The translations under genes were made by a program, and so were the position numbers. The notes beneath the pieces are model-generated. The model saw only the letters and a program-made list of their open reading frames with translations, made no database searches and was not told where the DNA came from. A DNA stretch of 33,275 nt from an uncultured Syntrophales bacterium (GTDB lineage Bacteria; Desulfobacterota; Syntrophia; Syntrophales; JAAYKM01): NCBI GenBank assembly GCA_964541005.1, contig CAZIPU010000006.1, positions 1 to 33,275 on the forward strand, written 5' to 3'. This document shows positions 10,617 through 18,982 of this stretch, piece after piece. Positions within the stretch are counted from its first letter, which is position 1. Every line of letters starts with the position of its first letter.

Positions 10617-11533
10617 TAAAGAACTTCTTTAAGATATCTCGTTATTTCATTGTAATCATGACCATTTATCCAATGAATATAAACGCCTTTCCGTTCCATT
10701 CTGCGAAACCAGGTTTCCTGGCGTTTGGCAAATTGATGTATCCTTGTCTCCAGGGTCCGGAACATTTCCTCTTCGGTCAATTTGCCCTGGAGGTACAAAG
10801 CAACGTAACGATACTCCAGACCGAAGGTATCCAGACGCTCCCACGATAGCCCCTGCGTTCTGAGTCTTTTCACTTCGTCGATCAATCCGGTGTCGATCCG
10901 ATCCCGCAGGCGCCTCGTGATTCTTTGCCTCAGCTCGGACCGTTCCCATCTCACCCCGATAACGGCGGGTGAAATCTCGGGAAATGGGACTTGATCGATG
11001 CCGTCCGATGCATCGCCGGAATGACTCAGGATCTCGATTGCCCGGATCAGCCGCTGACGGTCGGTTGTGTCCGTTTTATTATGGGGAATATTTCCGGAAA
11101 ACGACAAATAGAGCGCGATAAGTCCGTCCATATCCAGGCCGGCAAGGCGTTCCCGCAGGTGCTCATCCGTATCGATTTTCTTCAACCGGTAGTTCAAAAT
11201 AACCGATTCCAGGTATAACCCGGTGCCTCCGACCAGGATCGGCCATTTCTTTCTACCCGAAATATCCAGGAAACTCTGTGTAAAGCGCCGCTTGAACTGA
11301 AACAGGTTAAATTCCTCTTCGGGATCGATGACATTGATCAGGTGGTGGGGAATCGTCCTGTTGTCCCTTTCGTATTCGGATAAATCCTTCCCCGTTCCAA
11401 TGTCCATGCCCCGGTAAACCTGGCGCGAATCGGCGGAAATGATCTCTCCATTCATGTCACAGGCCAGCCGGACGGCGAGGGATGTTTTTCCCGATGCGGT
11501 CGGCCCCAGGATGACAATCAGATTCTTTTCCAT
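10616..11533 (-). CDS. miaA: tRNA dimethylallyltransferase
   Basis: P-loop GPTASGKT 10 aa after the ATG at 11533 (MEKNLIVILGPTASGKT), SADSRQVYRGMDIGT motif. The ORF-track start at 11590 adds 19 aa not typical of MiaA. Confidence 0.92.
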   Translation of the reverse strand: MEKNLIVILGPTASGKTSLAVRLACDMNGEIISADSRQVYRGMDIGTGKDLSEYERDNRTIPHHLINVIDPEEEFNLFQFKRRFTQSFLDISGRKKWPILVGGTGLYLESVILNYRLKKIDTDEHLRERLAGLDMDGLIALYLSFSGNIPHNKTDTTDRQRLIRAIEILSHSGDASDGIDQVPFPEISPAVIGVRWERSELRQRITRRLRDRIDTGLIDEVKRLRTQGLSWERLDTFGLEYRYVALYLQGKLTEEEMFRTLETRIHQFAKRQETWFRRMERKGVYIHWINGHDYNEITRYLKEVL

Positions 11534-11714
11534 GACCAATAAAACTGCGAAGCAGCGTAATTTAGAAAGTTTATGCTCAAACACCGCCAAGGGTTCAGGA
11601 TAAACAAAGGTAAAATTTCCAATCCGGATGTCATCCAGGGCAATCGCACACGATCCGATACTGCGTGATAGCTTTCATCGCTGACGCCGAAACGGTGTCG
11701 CAACGGGTATTTCT

Positions 11715-11793
11715 GTCATTTCGACCGCAGGGAGAAATCTTTCAGTTCTGTCATCTCAGCATAGTACGATTTCTCGCATTCGCTCCAAATGAC
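11715..11793. repeat. two hairpin-module repeats of the GTCAT-arm-loop-arm-ATC family, in opposite orientation
   Basis: gtcatttcgaccgcagggagaaatc (11715-11739) and gatttctcgcattcgctccaaatgac (11768-11793). Same framing as the modules at 16474, 16960, 23030 and 31853-31981. Confidence 0.6.
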
Positions 11794-11820
11794 CATTCTG
11801 TAATGCGGTGTCGTTCAATT

Positions 11821-11868
11821 TAAAATAAAAATATGCTTCAATACCTCATGCCGTACTGAAGCATATTT
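11821..11868 (-). terminator. putative rho-independent terminator downstream of csp
   Basis: Perfect 12-bp inverted repeat 11829-11840 / 11857-11868 (aaatatgcttca / tgaagcatattt) with a 16-nt loop. On the minus strand it is followed by UUAUUUUA. The stem is AT-rich, so strength is uncertain. Confidence 0.55.
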
Positions 11869-11887
11869 CAATCACCAGTAAATAATT

Positions 11888-12088
11888 TTACAATTTCTGC
11901 ACGTTTACCGCACTGGGCCCCTTGTTTCCCTGCTCGATATCGAAACTGATGCGCTGTCCTTCATGCAGCGTCCGGAAACCCGCACCCTGAATAGCGCTGT
12001 AATGGACGAATACATCACCGCCTTCGTCACTTTCGATAAAACCGAACCCCTTCTTTTCATTGAACCATTTTACCTTGCCTTCTGCCAA
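11888..12088 (-). CDS. csp: cold-shock domain protein (CspA family)
   Basis: 66 aa. [12 protein letters not shown] (RNP1) and VFVHY (RNP2). TTG start with AAGGGGGA SD 8 nt upstream and no in-frame ATG. Confidence 0.93.
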   Translation of the reverse strand: MAEGKVKWFNEKKGFGFIESDEGGDVFVHYSAIQGAGFRTLHEGQRISFDIEQGNKGPSAVNVQKL

Positions 12089-12123
12089 AACCCTGTTCCC
12101 CCTTTCCTTTGATAATCAATTTT

Positions 12124-12171
12124 AAAACAAAAAAACCACACCATCTCATAACGATCTTAAGATGGTCGTGG
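12124..12171 (-). terminator. strong intrinsic-terminator-like hairpin plus U-tract between the hydrolase gene and csp
   Basis: Minus-strand RNA: CCACGACCAUCU - 13-nt loop - AGAUGGUGUGG (11 bp, one bulged G) followed by UUUUUUUGUUUU. It lies 118 nt after the hydrolase stop and ends 36 nt before the csp start. Confidence 0.7.
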
Positions 12172-12252
12172 CCCCCACTTGCGTGACGATTCTTTTGCAC
12201 TTAAAACGGATACCCAAGAATATTCCCAGCTTCACCATTTCCATTTTGAATT

Positions 12253-12281
12253 TTTTTAGCACCGGGAAAAAGAGATTGCAA
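12253..12281 (-). promoter_or_regulatory. candidate sigma70 promoter for csp (TTGCAA - 17 nt - TAAAAA)
   Basis: Minus-strand -35 TTGCAA (12281-12276) and -10 TAAAAA (12258-12253) with a 17-nt spacer and an A/T-rich upstream tract. Pattern match only. Confidence 0.3.
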
Positions 12282-12288
12282 TATTTTT

Positions 12289-12900
12289 TTACAGGGAAAC
12301 ACCTTTTCTGTGCAGGATTTCGATCAATTGTTTCTCTTTCCCGGCGAAAAAATGATTCGTCCCGGGAACCAATATGACTTCCGACCCCACTTCTTCGGAA
12401 AAAGACGCCACATCCTCTGCCCTGCAGAAGGGGTCACGGTCGCCGCAGATGATCAAATTGACGCGCCCCGCAATGGCCTTTCTCGAAAAGGGGGACACGC
12501 TGACCGGCGGCGCGACCAGGACCACCCGGTCCACGGCAGGGGCCGTTTTCAGATAGTTGGCCGTCACCCAGGCACCGAATGAATAACCGGCCAGTGAAAC
12601 GGTTTTCACCCCCCTGGTCTTGATGAAGGCCACGGCGCTGTCCAGGTCATTCTGCTCACCCGCTCCTTCATCGAAATCCCCCTCACTGCAGCCGACACCC
12701 CGGAAATTGAATCGCAGGGTCGAAAATTTCATTTCGTAAAATGCCGGGACAAGACTTTCGACAACGTTGTTTCGCATGGTTCCGCCCATTACGGGATTCG
12801 GATGGGAGATGACGACCCCTTTTCCCGATCCCGCATCGGCGAACAGGCCTTCGATTCTCAAGTCTCCGCTTTGAAAATGAATTCTTTCCTCATTCAGCAT
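12289..12900 (-). CDS. alpha/beta-fold hydrolase (small serine hydrolase, unknown substrate)
   Basis: 203 aa. Nucleophile elbow GYSFGA, later D and H candidates (GDRDPF, GTNHFF). Confidence 0.7.
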   Translation of the reverse strand: MLNEERIHFQSGDLRIEGLFADAGSGKGVVISHPNPVMGGTMRNNVVESLVPAFYEMKFSTLRFNFRGVGCSEGDFDEGAGEQNDLDSAVAFIKTRGVKTVSLAGYSFGAWVTANYLKTAPAVDRVVLVAPPVSVSPFSRKAIAGRVNLIICGDRDPFCRAEDVASFSEEVGSEVILVPGTNHFFAGKEKQLIEILHRKGVSL

Positions 12901-12918
12901 GATTCCATTCCATCCATT

Positions 12919-13896
12919 TTAAAGTCTTCCGAAGTGACAGGCGACGGCATGACCCTCCGACAACGGGACCAATTGGGGCGTTTCTTTCAGGCAGAGTTCC
13001 CCTCCGATGGGGCATCGGGGGTAAAACCTGCACATGTCCGGCTGCATGATGCCTTTCAATTCCCCTGCCCCGCTTGGCGTCTTCCCGCTCTTTCCCTTAT
13101 TGACCTCCAGGATCGCCGAAAGAAGAAGACGTGTATAAGGATGACGCGGGTTCCTGAAAATGGCTTCATTGCTCCCCGATTCGACAATGCGTCCCAGATA
13201 CATCACGACAACACGATCGCTCATGTGGCGGATCACACCCAGGTTATGGCTGATGAACAGGTAAGTCAGATGGAGTTCGTCCTGCAAGTCCTTCAGGAGG
13301 TTCAATATCTGGGCTTGAATGGAAACATCCAGGGCAGAAACAGGTTCATCGGCGATAACGAGAGACGGTTCCAGGGATATGGCTCGGGCGATACCGATCC
13401 GTTGCCGTTGGCCGCCGCTGAATTCGTGGGGATATCGATCCGCCTGGTCACGGCTTAAACCAACCTTTCCCATCAGCCGGGCGACATGCTCTTCGATCTC
13501 CTTTTTCCCAGGATTTTTCCGTCGAATGAAAAATGGTTCTCCGATTGTCCTGCCTGCCGTTCTCCGTGGGTTCAGGGATGCATAAGGGTCCTGGAAAATG
13601 ATCTGCACCTTGTTTCTAAATGCCCGCCAGGCGTCGTTTGAATAATGGGCAATGTTCTCGCCTTCGAACAAAATGTCTCCCGCCGTCGGCGTGTCGAGAC
13701 CCATGATGAGTTTCGCCAGGGTCGATTTTCCGCATCCGCTTTCTCCCACCAACCCCAGGGTTTCCCCTGGCCGGATTTCCAGGGAGACATCATCGACAGC
13801 CCTGATAAGCCCTTCTTTCTTCCAATACTGCAATCCACGGGCATGAAAATATTTTTTCAATCCCCTGATTTCCATTAGCAAGTTCGTATCTTTCAT
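12919..13896 (-). CDS. oligopeptide/dipeptide-type ABC transporter ATP-binding protein (OppF/DppF-like)
   Basis: Walker A GESGCGKS, signature FSGGQRQR, Walker B LVIADEPVSALD, and a Cys-rich C-terminal oligo_HPY-type tail (CRFYPRCP...C). The ATG at 13896 shares a base with the upstream stop (TGATG). The ORF-track start at 13905 is a GTG without SD. Confidence 0.85.
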   Translation of the reverse strand: MKDTNLLMEIRGLKKYFHARGLQYWKKEGLIRAVDDVSLEIRPGETLGLVGESGCGKSTLAKLIMGLDTPTAGDILFEGENIAHYSNDAWRAFRNKVQIIFQDPYASLNPRRTAGRTIGEPFFIRRKNPGKKEIEEHVARLMGKVGLSRDQADRYPHEFSGGQRQRIGIARAISLEPSLVIADEPVSALDVSIQAQILNLLKDLQDELHLTYLFISHNLGVIRHMSDRVVVMYLGRIVESGSNEAIFRNPRHPYTRLLLSAILEVNKGKSGKTPSGAGELKGIMQPDMCRFYPRCPIGGELCLKETPQLVPLSEGHAVACHFGRL

Positions 13897-14879
13897 CACG
13901 CCCACTTCCAGCAGCGGACAAGATGGCCCGTTCTTTTTTCGATCAATTGCGGCTCCTGGTCACGGCAAATGGGCATCACGTAACCGCATCGGTCCTGAAA
14001 AGCACAACCCTTAATCGACACCGTCATGTCGGGTACCATGCCGGGAATCATTCGCAGGCGCTTGTTCCGGTCCCATTCTTTCGTGATGACCGGGACGGCC
14101 TCGATCAAACCGAGGGAGTACGGATGCATAGGCGAAGAGAAAAAAGAATCCACCGCGGCCTGTTCCACGATTTTCCCCGCATACATAATGGCGACGATCT
14201 GGGCGAAATGGGCAATCACGCCCAGGTCGTGGGTGATGAGCAAGATGGACGTGTTGATCCGTTTTTTCAGATCCTCCATCAATTCCAGTATCTGCGCCTG
14301 GACCGTGACATCGAGAGCCGTCGTCGGCTCGTCGGCGATCATCAGGCGTGGCTTGCAGGCAAGGGCCATGGCAATCATGATTCTCTGCCGCATCCCGCCG
14401 CTCATCTGGTGGGGATAGTCCCGAATGCGCTTTTGCGGGTGATCGATTCCCACCATGTTGAGCATCTCCACGGCATACTCCAGGGCTTCCTTATTGCTTT
14501 TCCCCTCGTGAAGCCGCACGATTTCGGCAATCTGCGCCCCCACGGTGATGACCGGGTTCAAGGAGGTCATCGGTTCCTGGAAAATCATGGAAATTTGTTT
14601 CCCCCGCACCTTGCGCATCTCTACCCGGTTCAGCCTGAGCAGATCGACGCCGTCAAGCAGGATTTCACCCGAGACGATCTCACCCGGAGGAATCGGGACC
14701 AGGCGCATGACGGACAGGGCCAGAACCGTTTTGCCGCAGCCCGACTCGCCGACGACACCCAGTGTCGCGCCTTCAGTCAGGCTGAGACTCACGCCATCGA
14801 CGGCCGGGACATCGCCTTTCTCCGTATGGAAACGGGTTCTCAGGTCTACAATATCGAGAACCGTTTTACCTTCTGCCAT
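13896..14879 (-). CDS. oligopeptide/dipeptide-type ABC transporter ATP-binding protein (OppD/DppD-like)
   Basis: Walker A GESGCGKT, signature MSGGMRQR, Walker [14 protein letters not shown]-terminal Cys-rich tail (CAFQDRC...C). Confidence 0.85.
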   Translation of the reverse strand: MAEGKTVLDIVDLRTRFHTEKGDVPAVDGVSLSLTEGATLGVVGESGCGKTVLALSVMRLVPIPPGEIVSGEILLDGVDLLRLNRVEMRKVRGKQISMIFQEPMTSLNPVITVGAQIAEIVRLHEGKSNKEALEYAVEMLNMVGIDHPQKRIRDYPHQMSGGMRQRIMIAMALACKPRLMIADEPTTALDVTVQAQILELMEDLKKRINTSILLITHDLGVIAHFAQIVAIMYAGKIVEQAAVDSFFSSPMHPYSLGLIEAVPVITKEWDRNKRLRMIPGMVPDMTVSIKGCAFQDRCGYVMPICRDQEPQLIEKRTGHLVRCWKWA

Positions 14880-14888
14880 GGTTCAGTA

Positions 14889-16388
14889 TCACTCCCAGTT
14901 TTTCAGCATCCGTATCAGCAGGCGCACACCGACACCCGAGGCACCTTTCGGGATGTAGGGCCGATCCTTCTTAACCCAGGCGGGACCGGCGATATCCAGA
15001 TGAACCCAGGGATAATTCCCGGTAAATTTACTGAGGAAAGCTCCGGCCGTGATGGTGCCGGCCGGTCTTCCTCCAACGTTTTTCAGGTCCGCGACATCGC
15101 TCTTGATGGCTTCGTAATACTCGGGCCACAAAGGCAGTTCCCAAAGTTTTTCTCCCGTGTATTCCGACGCATTCTTCAACTTTTGCTTGAGCTTTTCATC
15201 CGTACCCATCATGCCCATGACGGATTCTCCAAGGGCAATGATACAGGCCCCGGTCAACGTGGCCACATCGATCATGGCCGCCGGCTTGTAGCTTTGTGCA
15301 TAATGGAGCGCATCGGCCAGGATCAATCGCCCCTCGGCATCCGTCGAGATCACTTCCACCGTCAAACCTGAAAGGGTCGTCAGAATATCTCCGGGCTTGT
15401 AGGCCAGGCCGCCGGGCATATTCTCCGTCGCCGGGATCAATCCGACAATCCGCAGAGGTAATTTCAGGTCCGCCGCCGCCATGACGGTTCCCATGACGGC
15501 CGCCCCCCCGGCCATGTCCGTCTTCATTTCCTCCATGTTATCCGCGGGCTTGAGGGAAATACCGCCGCTGTCGAACGTCAATCCCTTGCCGATCAACACG
15601 ATGGGCCGCTCCATAGCTTTTGTTCCCCGGTAGTCCATGACAATGAACCGCGCCTCCTCCCGGCTTCCCCGGGTCACTCCCAGAAGGGCGTTCATGCCGA
15701 GCTCTTTCATCTTATTTTCATCGAGGACGTTGACGTGGATGCTTTTCCTTTTCTTCGCGATATCGAGGGCCTCACTCGCCATATCACGCGGGGTCATTTC
15801 ATTCGACGGCATGAAGACAAGATTCCGGGCAAACAGAACGGCCTCCGCCACAATATCCGCCTCCTTGACCGCTTTCTTCACCGCTTCAAGCGATTTCCCG
15901 GTTTCAGAACATATGACCAATTCCTCCAGTTCATGGAGGCCTTCTCTATCCTCCGTTTTGAACGGCGTAAACTGGTAAAGTCCGAGTTTGATTCCCTCCA
16001 CGGCCGCTGCGGCAATGCTTGCCGAGTCAACATCCAGACCGTACAACTCAGGTGAAACGGAAACGCTCCGCAGCTTCAGCGATCTTGCCTTGCCGGCGCC
16101 CAGGGCAAATGCGCCTCGGATCTTCTCCAAATCCGCTTCGTTTTTCTTTCCCAGGCCGACAAGAATGATCCGAGGGACGGCAGAAGAATCAGTCAGGTAG
16201 ACCACGTGTATTTCCCTGTCTTTTCCTTTTACGTCTCCGGCGTCGATCATCTTCCGGATTTGCATTGAGGACGATTCATCGAGTGCCGCCCTTGCACCGC
16301 CGGTCAGTAAATCGTCTTCGTGACAAAAAAACACGGCCGCGTCGGTGCGGCTTTTCATGATCTTGCCTTCTTTGATGGTTATTTGCAT
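14889..16388 (-). CDS. pepA: leucyl aminopeptidase (M17 family)
   Basis: 499 aa. C-terminal catalytic domain with [19 protein letters not shown] and the NTDAEGRL-type motif ([12 protein letters not shown]). Confidence 0.93.
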   Translation of the reverse strand: MQITIKEGKIMKSRTDAAVFFCHEDDLLTGGARAALDESSSMQIRKMIDAGDVKGKDREIHVVYLTDSSAVPRIILVGLGKKNEADLEKIRGAFALGAGKARSLKLRSVSVSPELYGLDVDSASIAAAAVEGIKLGLYQFTPFKTEDREGLHELEELVICSETGKSLEAVKKAVKEADIVAEAVLFARNLVFMPSNEMTPRDMASEALDIAKKRKSIHVNVLDENKMKELGMNALLGVTRGSREEARFIVMDYRGTKAMERPIVLIGKGLTFDSGGISLKPADNMEEMKTDMAGGAAVMGTVMAAADLKLPLRIVGLIPATENMPGGLAYKPGDILTTLSGLTVEVISTDAEGRLILADALHYAQSYKPAAMIDVATLTGACIIALGESVMGMMGTDEKLKQKLKNASEYTGEKLWELPLWPEYYEAIKSDVADLKNVGGRPAGTITAGAFLSKFTGNYPWVHLDIAGPAWVKKDRPYIPKGASGVGVRLLIRMLKNWE

Positions 16389-16473
16389 ATTGATTCTCTC
16401 TTCATAGGATATTCATTTATCAGCTTAACCGTTGGCAGAACCCGTAAAAAAAAGCCGGATAAACATCTATTGT

Positions 16474-16943
16474 GTCATTCCGGGCAAGCGCAGCGCGACC
16501 CGGAATCTATTTCCAATGCGTCCCTCTTCAGCCAAAAACGGTGCATCAGCTCCCATACGACACCACGCAACCTTGTTATTTGGCCTGAAGGGGTTTCGCC
16601 GATTGCATATCATGACGCACTCAGCGAGGTCTGGATGCCGGGTCGGTGCCCGGCATGACTTTTATTAAGCCTCGGGATGACGTTTATTGGCCCTGGCATG
16701 ACTTCCCCTCTCCGTCATTCCGGGCAAGCGCAGCGCGACCCGGAATCCATTGCCAATACATCGCACTTCAGCCAAAAACCGCGCATCAGATCCCAGACGA
16801 CACCACGCAACCTTGTTATTTGGCCTGAAGGGGTTTCGCCGATTGCATATCATGACGCACTCAGCGAGGTCTGGATGCCGGGTCGGTGCCCGGCATGACT
16901 TCCCCATCCGTCATTCCGGGCAAGCGCAGCGCGATCCGGAATC
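16474..16943. repeat. tandem direct repeat: unit 1 = 240 bp (16474-16713), unit 2 = 196 bp (16714-16909), partial unit 3 (16910-16943)
   Basis: Manual alignment. The first 34 nt are identical (gtcattccgggcaagcgcagcgcgacccggaatc). The next 49 nt carry 10 substitutions. Then 105 nt are identical (16557-16661 = 16797-16901). Unit 1 has an extra ~44 nt made of 21-22-bp sub-repeats (cccggcatgac / cctcgggatgac / ccctggcatgac). Confidence 0.9.
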
Positions 16944-16959
16944 CAGTCAAATCCATTAT

Positions 16960-17108
16960 GGATTCCGTCTTTCGACGGAATGACAGGAATGAAGCAATTA
17001 AATGATCGAAGTAATAACATATTCTTATTATGAGACTCTCTCGTTTCGCTCAGAATGACTTCGTATGTAAATCGGGTGTTGCGACACAGCCTCCAAGTCC
17101 GGCATGAC
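16960..17108. repeat. degenerate hairpin modules of the same family
   Basis: ggattccgtctttcgacggaatgac (16960-16984), gagactctctcgtttcgctcagaatgac (17033-17059), and ccggcatgac (17099-17108). Confidence 0.6.
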
Positions 17109-17407
17109 CGCATGCTCCCTTTTTGCGAAACCGTCTCATTTCAGTGAACGCATAAATTCCCGCGAGTTTGTCCTTATCCGATATGCTCAATCCATGATTA
17201 AAAGATTTCATAATCAATTTAATTTCCGTAATGATCGACTTTTCACAACGGGACGAACTGTTTAGCCGGAACAGTCATACCACAACACGGAATAATTTGA
17301 AAATCCGATATTTTGAATCCAATTTTACGATGCATATCTGAAGGCTTTCTGGTATAAATATGCTCAATATTAACGTACACATATTGAAATTGAAAAGTTT
17401 GATCAAA

Positions 17408-17430
17408 GTTTCCTCATAAGATGAGGGAAC
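17408..17430 (+). promoter_or_regulatory. 10-bp stem hairpin/palindrome 31 nt upstream of the ATPase start
   Basis: gtttcctcat-aag-atgagggaac: 10 pairs including one G-U, with a 3-nt loop. Could be a 5'-UTR hairpin or an operator. No functional evidence. Confidence 0.3.
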
Positions 17431-17461
17431 ATAAAATTCCATAAGTAAGAGGTTTTTTTAC

Positions 17462-18733
17462 ATGAGCGAACCATATGTTACCGTATCAAATGAAAATTTG
17501 ACCCCCATCATTCCCAAAACTCTGGAAGAAACTCATCTGGACTTTGGCTTCCTGGCTGATTTGGCATTGAAGACCGTGTACGCTGATGCCAACTGCACCA
17601 CGGTCCGGGCGGCCGAAAAAATGTGCCTGCCGGAACCGTTAACTGAATCCCTGCTCCAGCATCTTTACCATGAAAAACTGATCGAAATTCGCGGCCAGAG
17701 CGGTTTTCAGAACCATCGCTATGCCATACTCGATCGTGGTTGGCAGCGAGCTAATCGGTTATTGGAAATCAACGGCTATATCGGCCCTGCCCCGGTTTCC
17801 CTGCAAGCCTATAGCGAAATGGTTTCGTTGCAGAACCAAACCCGCGAGTCGGTATCGCCAGAACTGGTTAAAAATGCCCTGTCTGGGCTTGTTTTGCCCG
17901 AAGTGACCATGCAGACAGTGGGCCTGGCGGTCACTTCCCGGCGCAGCCTTTTCATGTTCGGCGAATCCGGAAACGGCAAAACCTCTATCGCCGTATCGCT
18001 CCACTCCGCACAACCCGGAGAGATCTGGATCCCCTATGCCATCGAGGTCGACAACCAGATCATCAAAGTTTACGACCAGCACAACCATTCACAGATCGAA
18101 ACCGGCAACAACGGATATGACAAACGCTGGGTGAAAATCAAGCGTCCCCTGGTCATTGTCGGCGGAGAAATGACGATCGAGACCATGGACTTGGTCTACA
18201 GCCGCATGGTCGGGTATTACGAGGCACCCTTCCAGGTGAAGGCCAACGGGGGGACCCTGGTCATCGACGACTTCGGCCGCCAGCGGGTCGATCCCTCTGA
18301 TCTTCTGAATCGCTGGATCATTCCCCTGGAGCAGGGCAAGGATTACCTGACTTTGCATACGGGGAAAAAGATCGAGGTCCCTTTCGCGCCGTTCCTCATG
18401 TTCGCCACAAATCTGAATCTCAATGGACTCGTGGATGAGGCCTTTTTACGACGGATGGGGTATCGTCTTTATATCGCCCCACCAAGTCGCGACCAATATA
18501 AATCCATTTTTCAGAAGGTTGTCGCAGCCCATGGGCTTGATTACGACCCGAATCTGGTTGATTTTCTTTTGCAGCGCTACGCAGAGGAGAAACGTCCCCT
18601 GAGATGCTCCGAACCACAGGATCTCATCCATCGTTTGCTGGACATCTGCCGATACATGGATCAGCTCCCCATTCTGTCCAGAGATATCCTTGAATTGGCC
18701 TGGATCAATTATTTTGGAAAAGATCAGGCATAA
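17462..18733 (+). CDS. AAA+ ATPase of unassigned family with a ~150-aa non-ATPase N-terminal region
   Basis: 423 aa. Walker A GESGNGKT, ~95 aa later Walker B GGTLVIDDFG, sensor-1 FATN, and the arginine pair in EAFLRRMGY. The layout resembles the MoxR / sigma54-activator clade but has no GAFTGA loop. AAGAGG SD upstream. Confidence 0.75.
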   Translation: MSEPYVTVSNENLTPIIPKTLEETHLDFGFLADLALKTVYADANCTTVRAAEKMCLPEPLTESLLQHLYHEKLIEIRGQSGFQNHRYAILDRGWQRANRLLEINGYIGPAPVSLQAYSEMVSLQNQTRESVSPELVKNALSGLVLPEVTMQTVGLAVTSRRSLFMFGESGNGKTSIAVSLHSAQPGEIWIPYAIEVDNQIIKVYDQHNHSQIETGNNGYDKRWVKIKRPLVIVGGEMTIETMDLVYSRMVGYYEAPFQVKANGGTLVIDDFGRQRVDPSDLLNRWIIPLEQGKDYLTLHTGKKIEVPFAPFLMFATNLNLNGLVDEAFLRRMGYRLYIAPPSRDQYKSIFQKVVAAHGLDYDPNLVDFLLQRYAEEKRPLRCSEPQDLIHRLLDICRYMDQLPILSRDILELAWINYFGKDQA

Positions 18734-18823
18734 AAAGTTCTGACCCTGTCGTTAAACCAGGATCATAAAAGGATCGGCATATAACAAGCCGGCATTGAAT
18801 GCGTCTAAAAAGGAGGGTAAAAT

Positions 18824-18982
18824 ATGGTCGAACACGGGGTGATGGCATCCAGATCGTCAGAGTTTTTTTCCGATTTTTACTGGCAGTTCCGGAATATTTG
18901 GAATGAAATGCCCTGGGGAATGACGATTCTGGTCGTATTCGGAGTCTTTACCGTGGTCTATTTCCTGCTGCGGAACCGTTAG
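18824..18982 (+). CDS. 52-aa micro-protein with one C-terminal transmembrane helix (below the ORF-track size cutoff)
   Basis: Consensus AGGAGG (18811-18816) 7 nt upstream of the ATG at 18824. Translation: MVEHGVMASRSSEFFSDFYWQFRNIWNEMPWGMTILVVFGVFTVVYFLLRNR. Aromatic-rich N-half, hydrophobic MTILVVFGVFTVVYFLL, basic end. Lies 90 nt after the ATPase stop on the same strand. Confidence 0.5.
   Translation: MVEHGVMASRSSEFFSDFYWQFRNIWNEMPWGMTILVVFGVFTVVYFLLRNR

Noticed and set aside
11518-11703. 61-aa minus-strand ORF upstream of miaA
   Set aside because: It overlaps the likely miaA 5' region and runs into repeat sequence. It has no SD or motif, and its composition is not protein-like.
13923-15371. 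482-aa ORF on the plus strand, the longest unexplained ORF in the track
   Set aside because: It lies entirely antisense to the OppD-like and pepA genes, both of which have unambiguous motifs on the minus strand. Its translation is Arg/His/Gly/Asp-rich low-complexity sequence, typical of the antisense frame of GC-rich coding DNA.
16508-16796. Possibility that the diverged 49-nt segment is a diversity-generating-retroelement template/variable pair
   Set aside because: The 10 differences are not adenine-specific; they include c/g and g/c changes. No reverse transcriptase gene is nearby, and the segment is non-coding.
16474-17108. Possible CRISPR array
   Set aside because: The repeat period is 196-240 bp rather than ~60-70 bp, and the spacer-equivalent sequence is itself repeated. 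No cas genes are in the window.
16320-17113. 60-112-aa ORFs on both strands across the repeat region (e.g. 16320-16658, 16432-16668, 16677-16898, 16750-16983, 16850-17113)
   Set aside because: They are translations of the tandem repeat and hairpin modules (recurring HSGQAQRDPES / VIPGKRSATRNL-type strings). The same DNA is read in several frames and strands, with no SD. These are repeat artefacts, not genes.
17349-17364. Sigma54-like promoter CTGGTATAAATATGCT upstream of the AAA+ ATPase
   Set aside because: The GG to GC spacing is 9 nt instead of the required 10. The element reads better as an ordinary A/T-rich -10 region.
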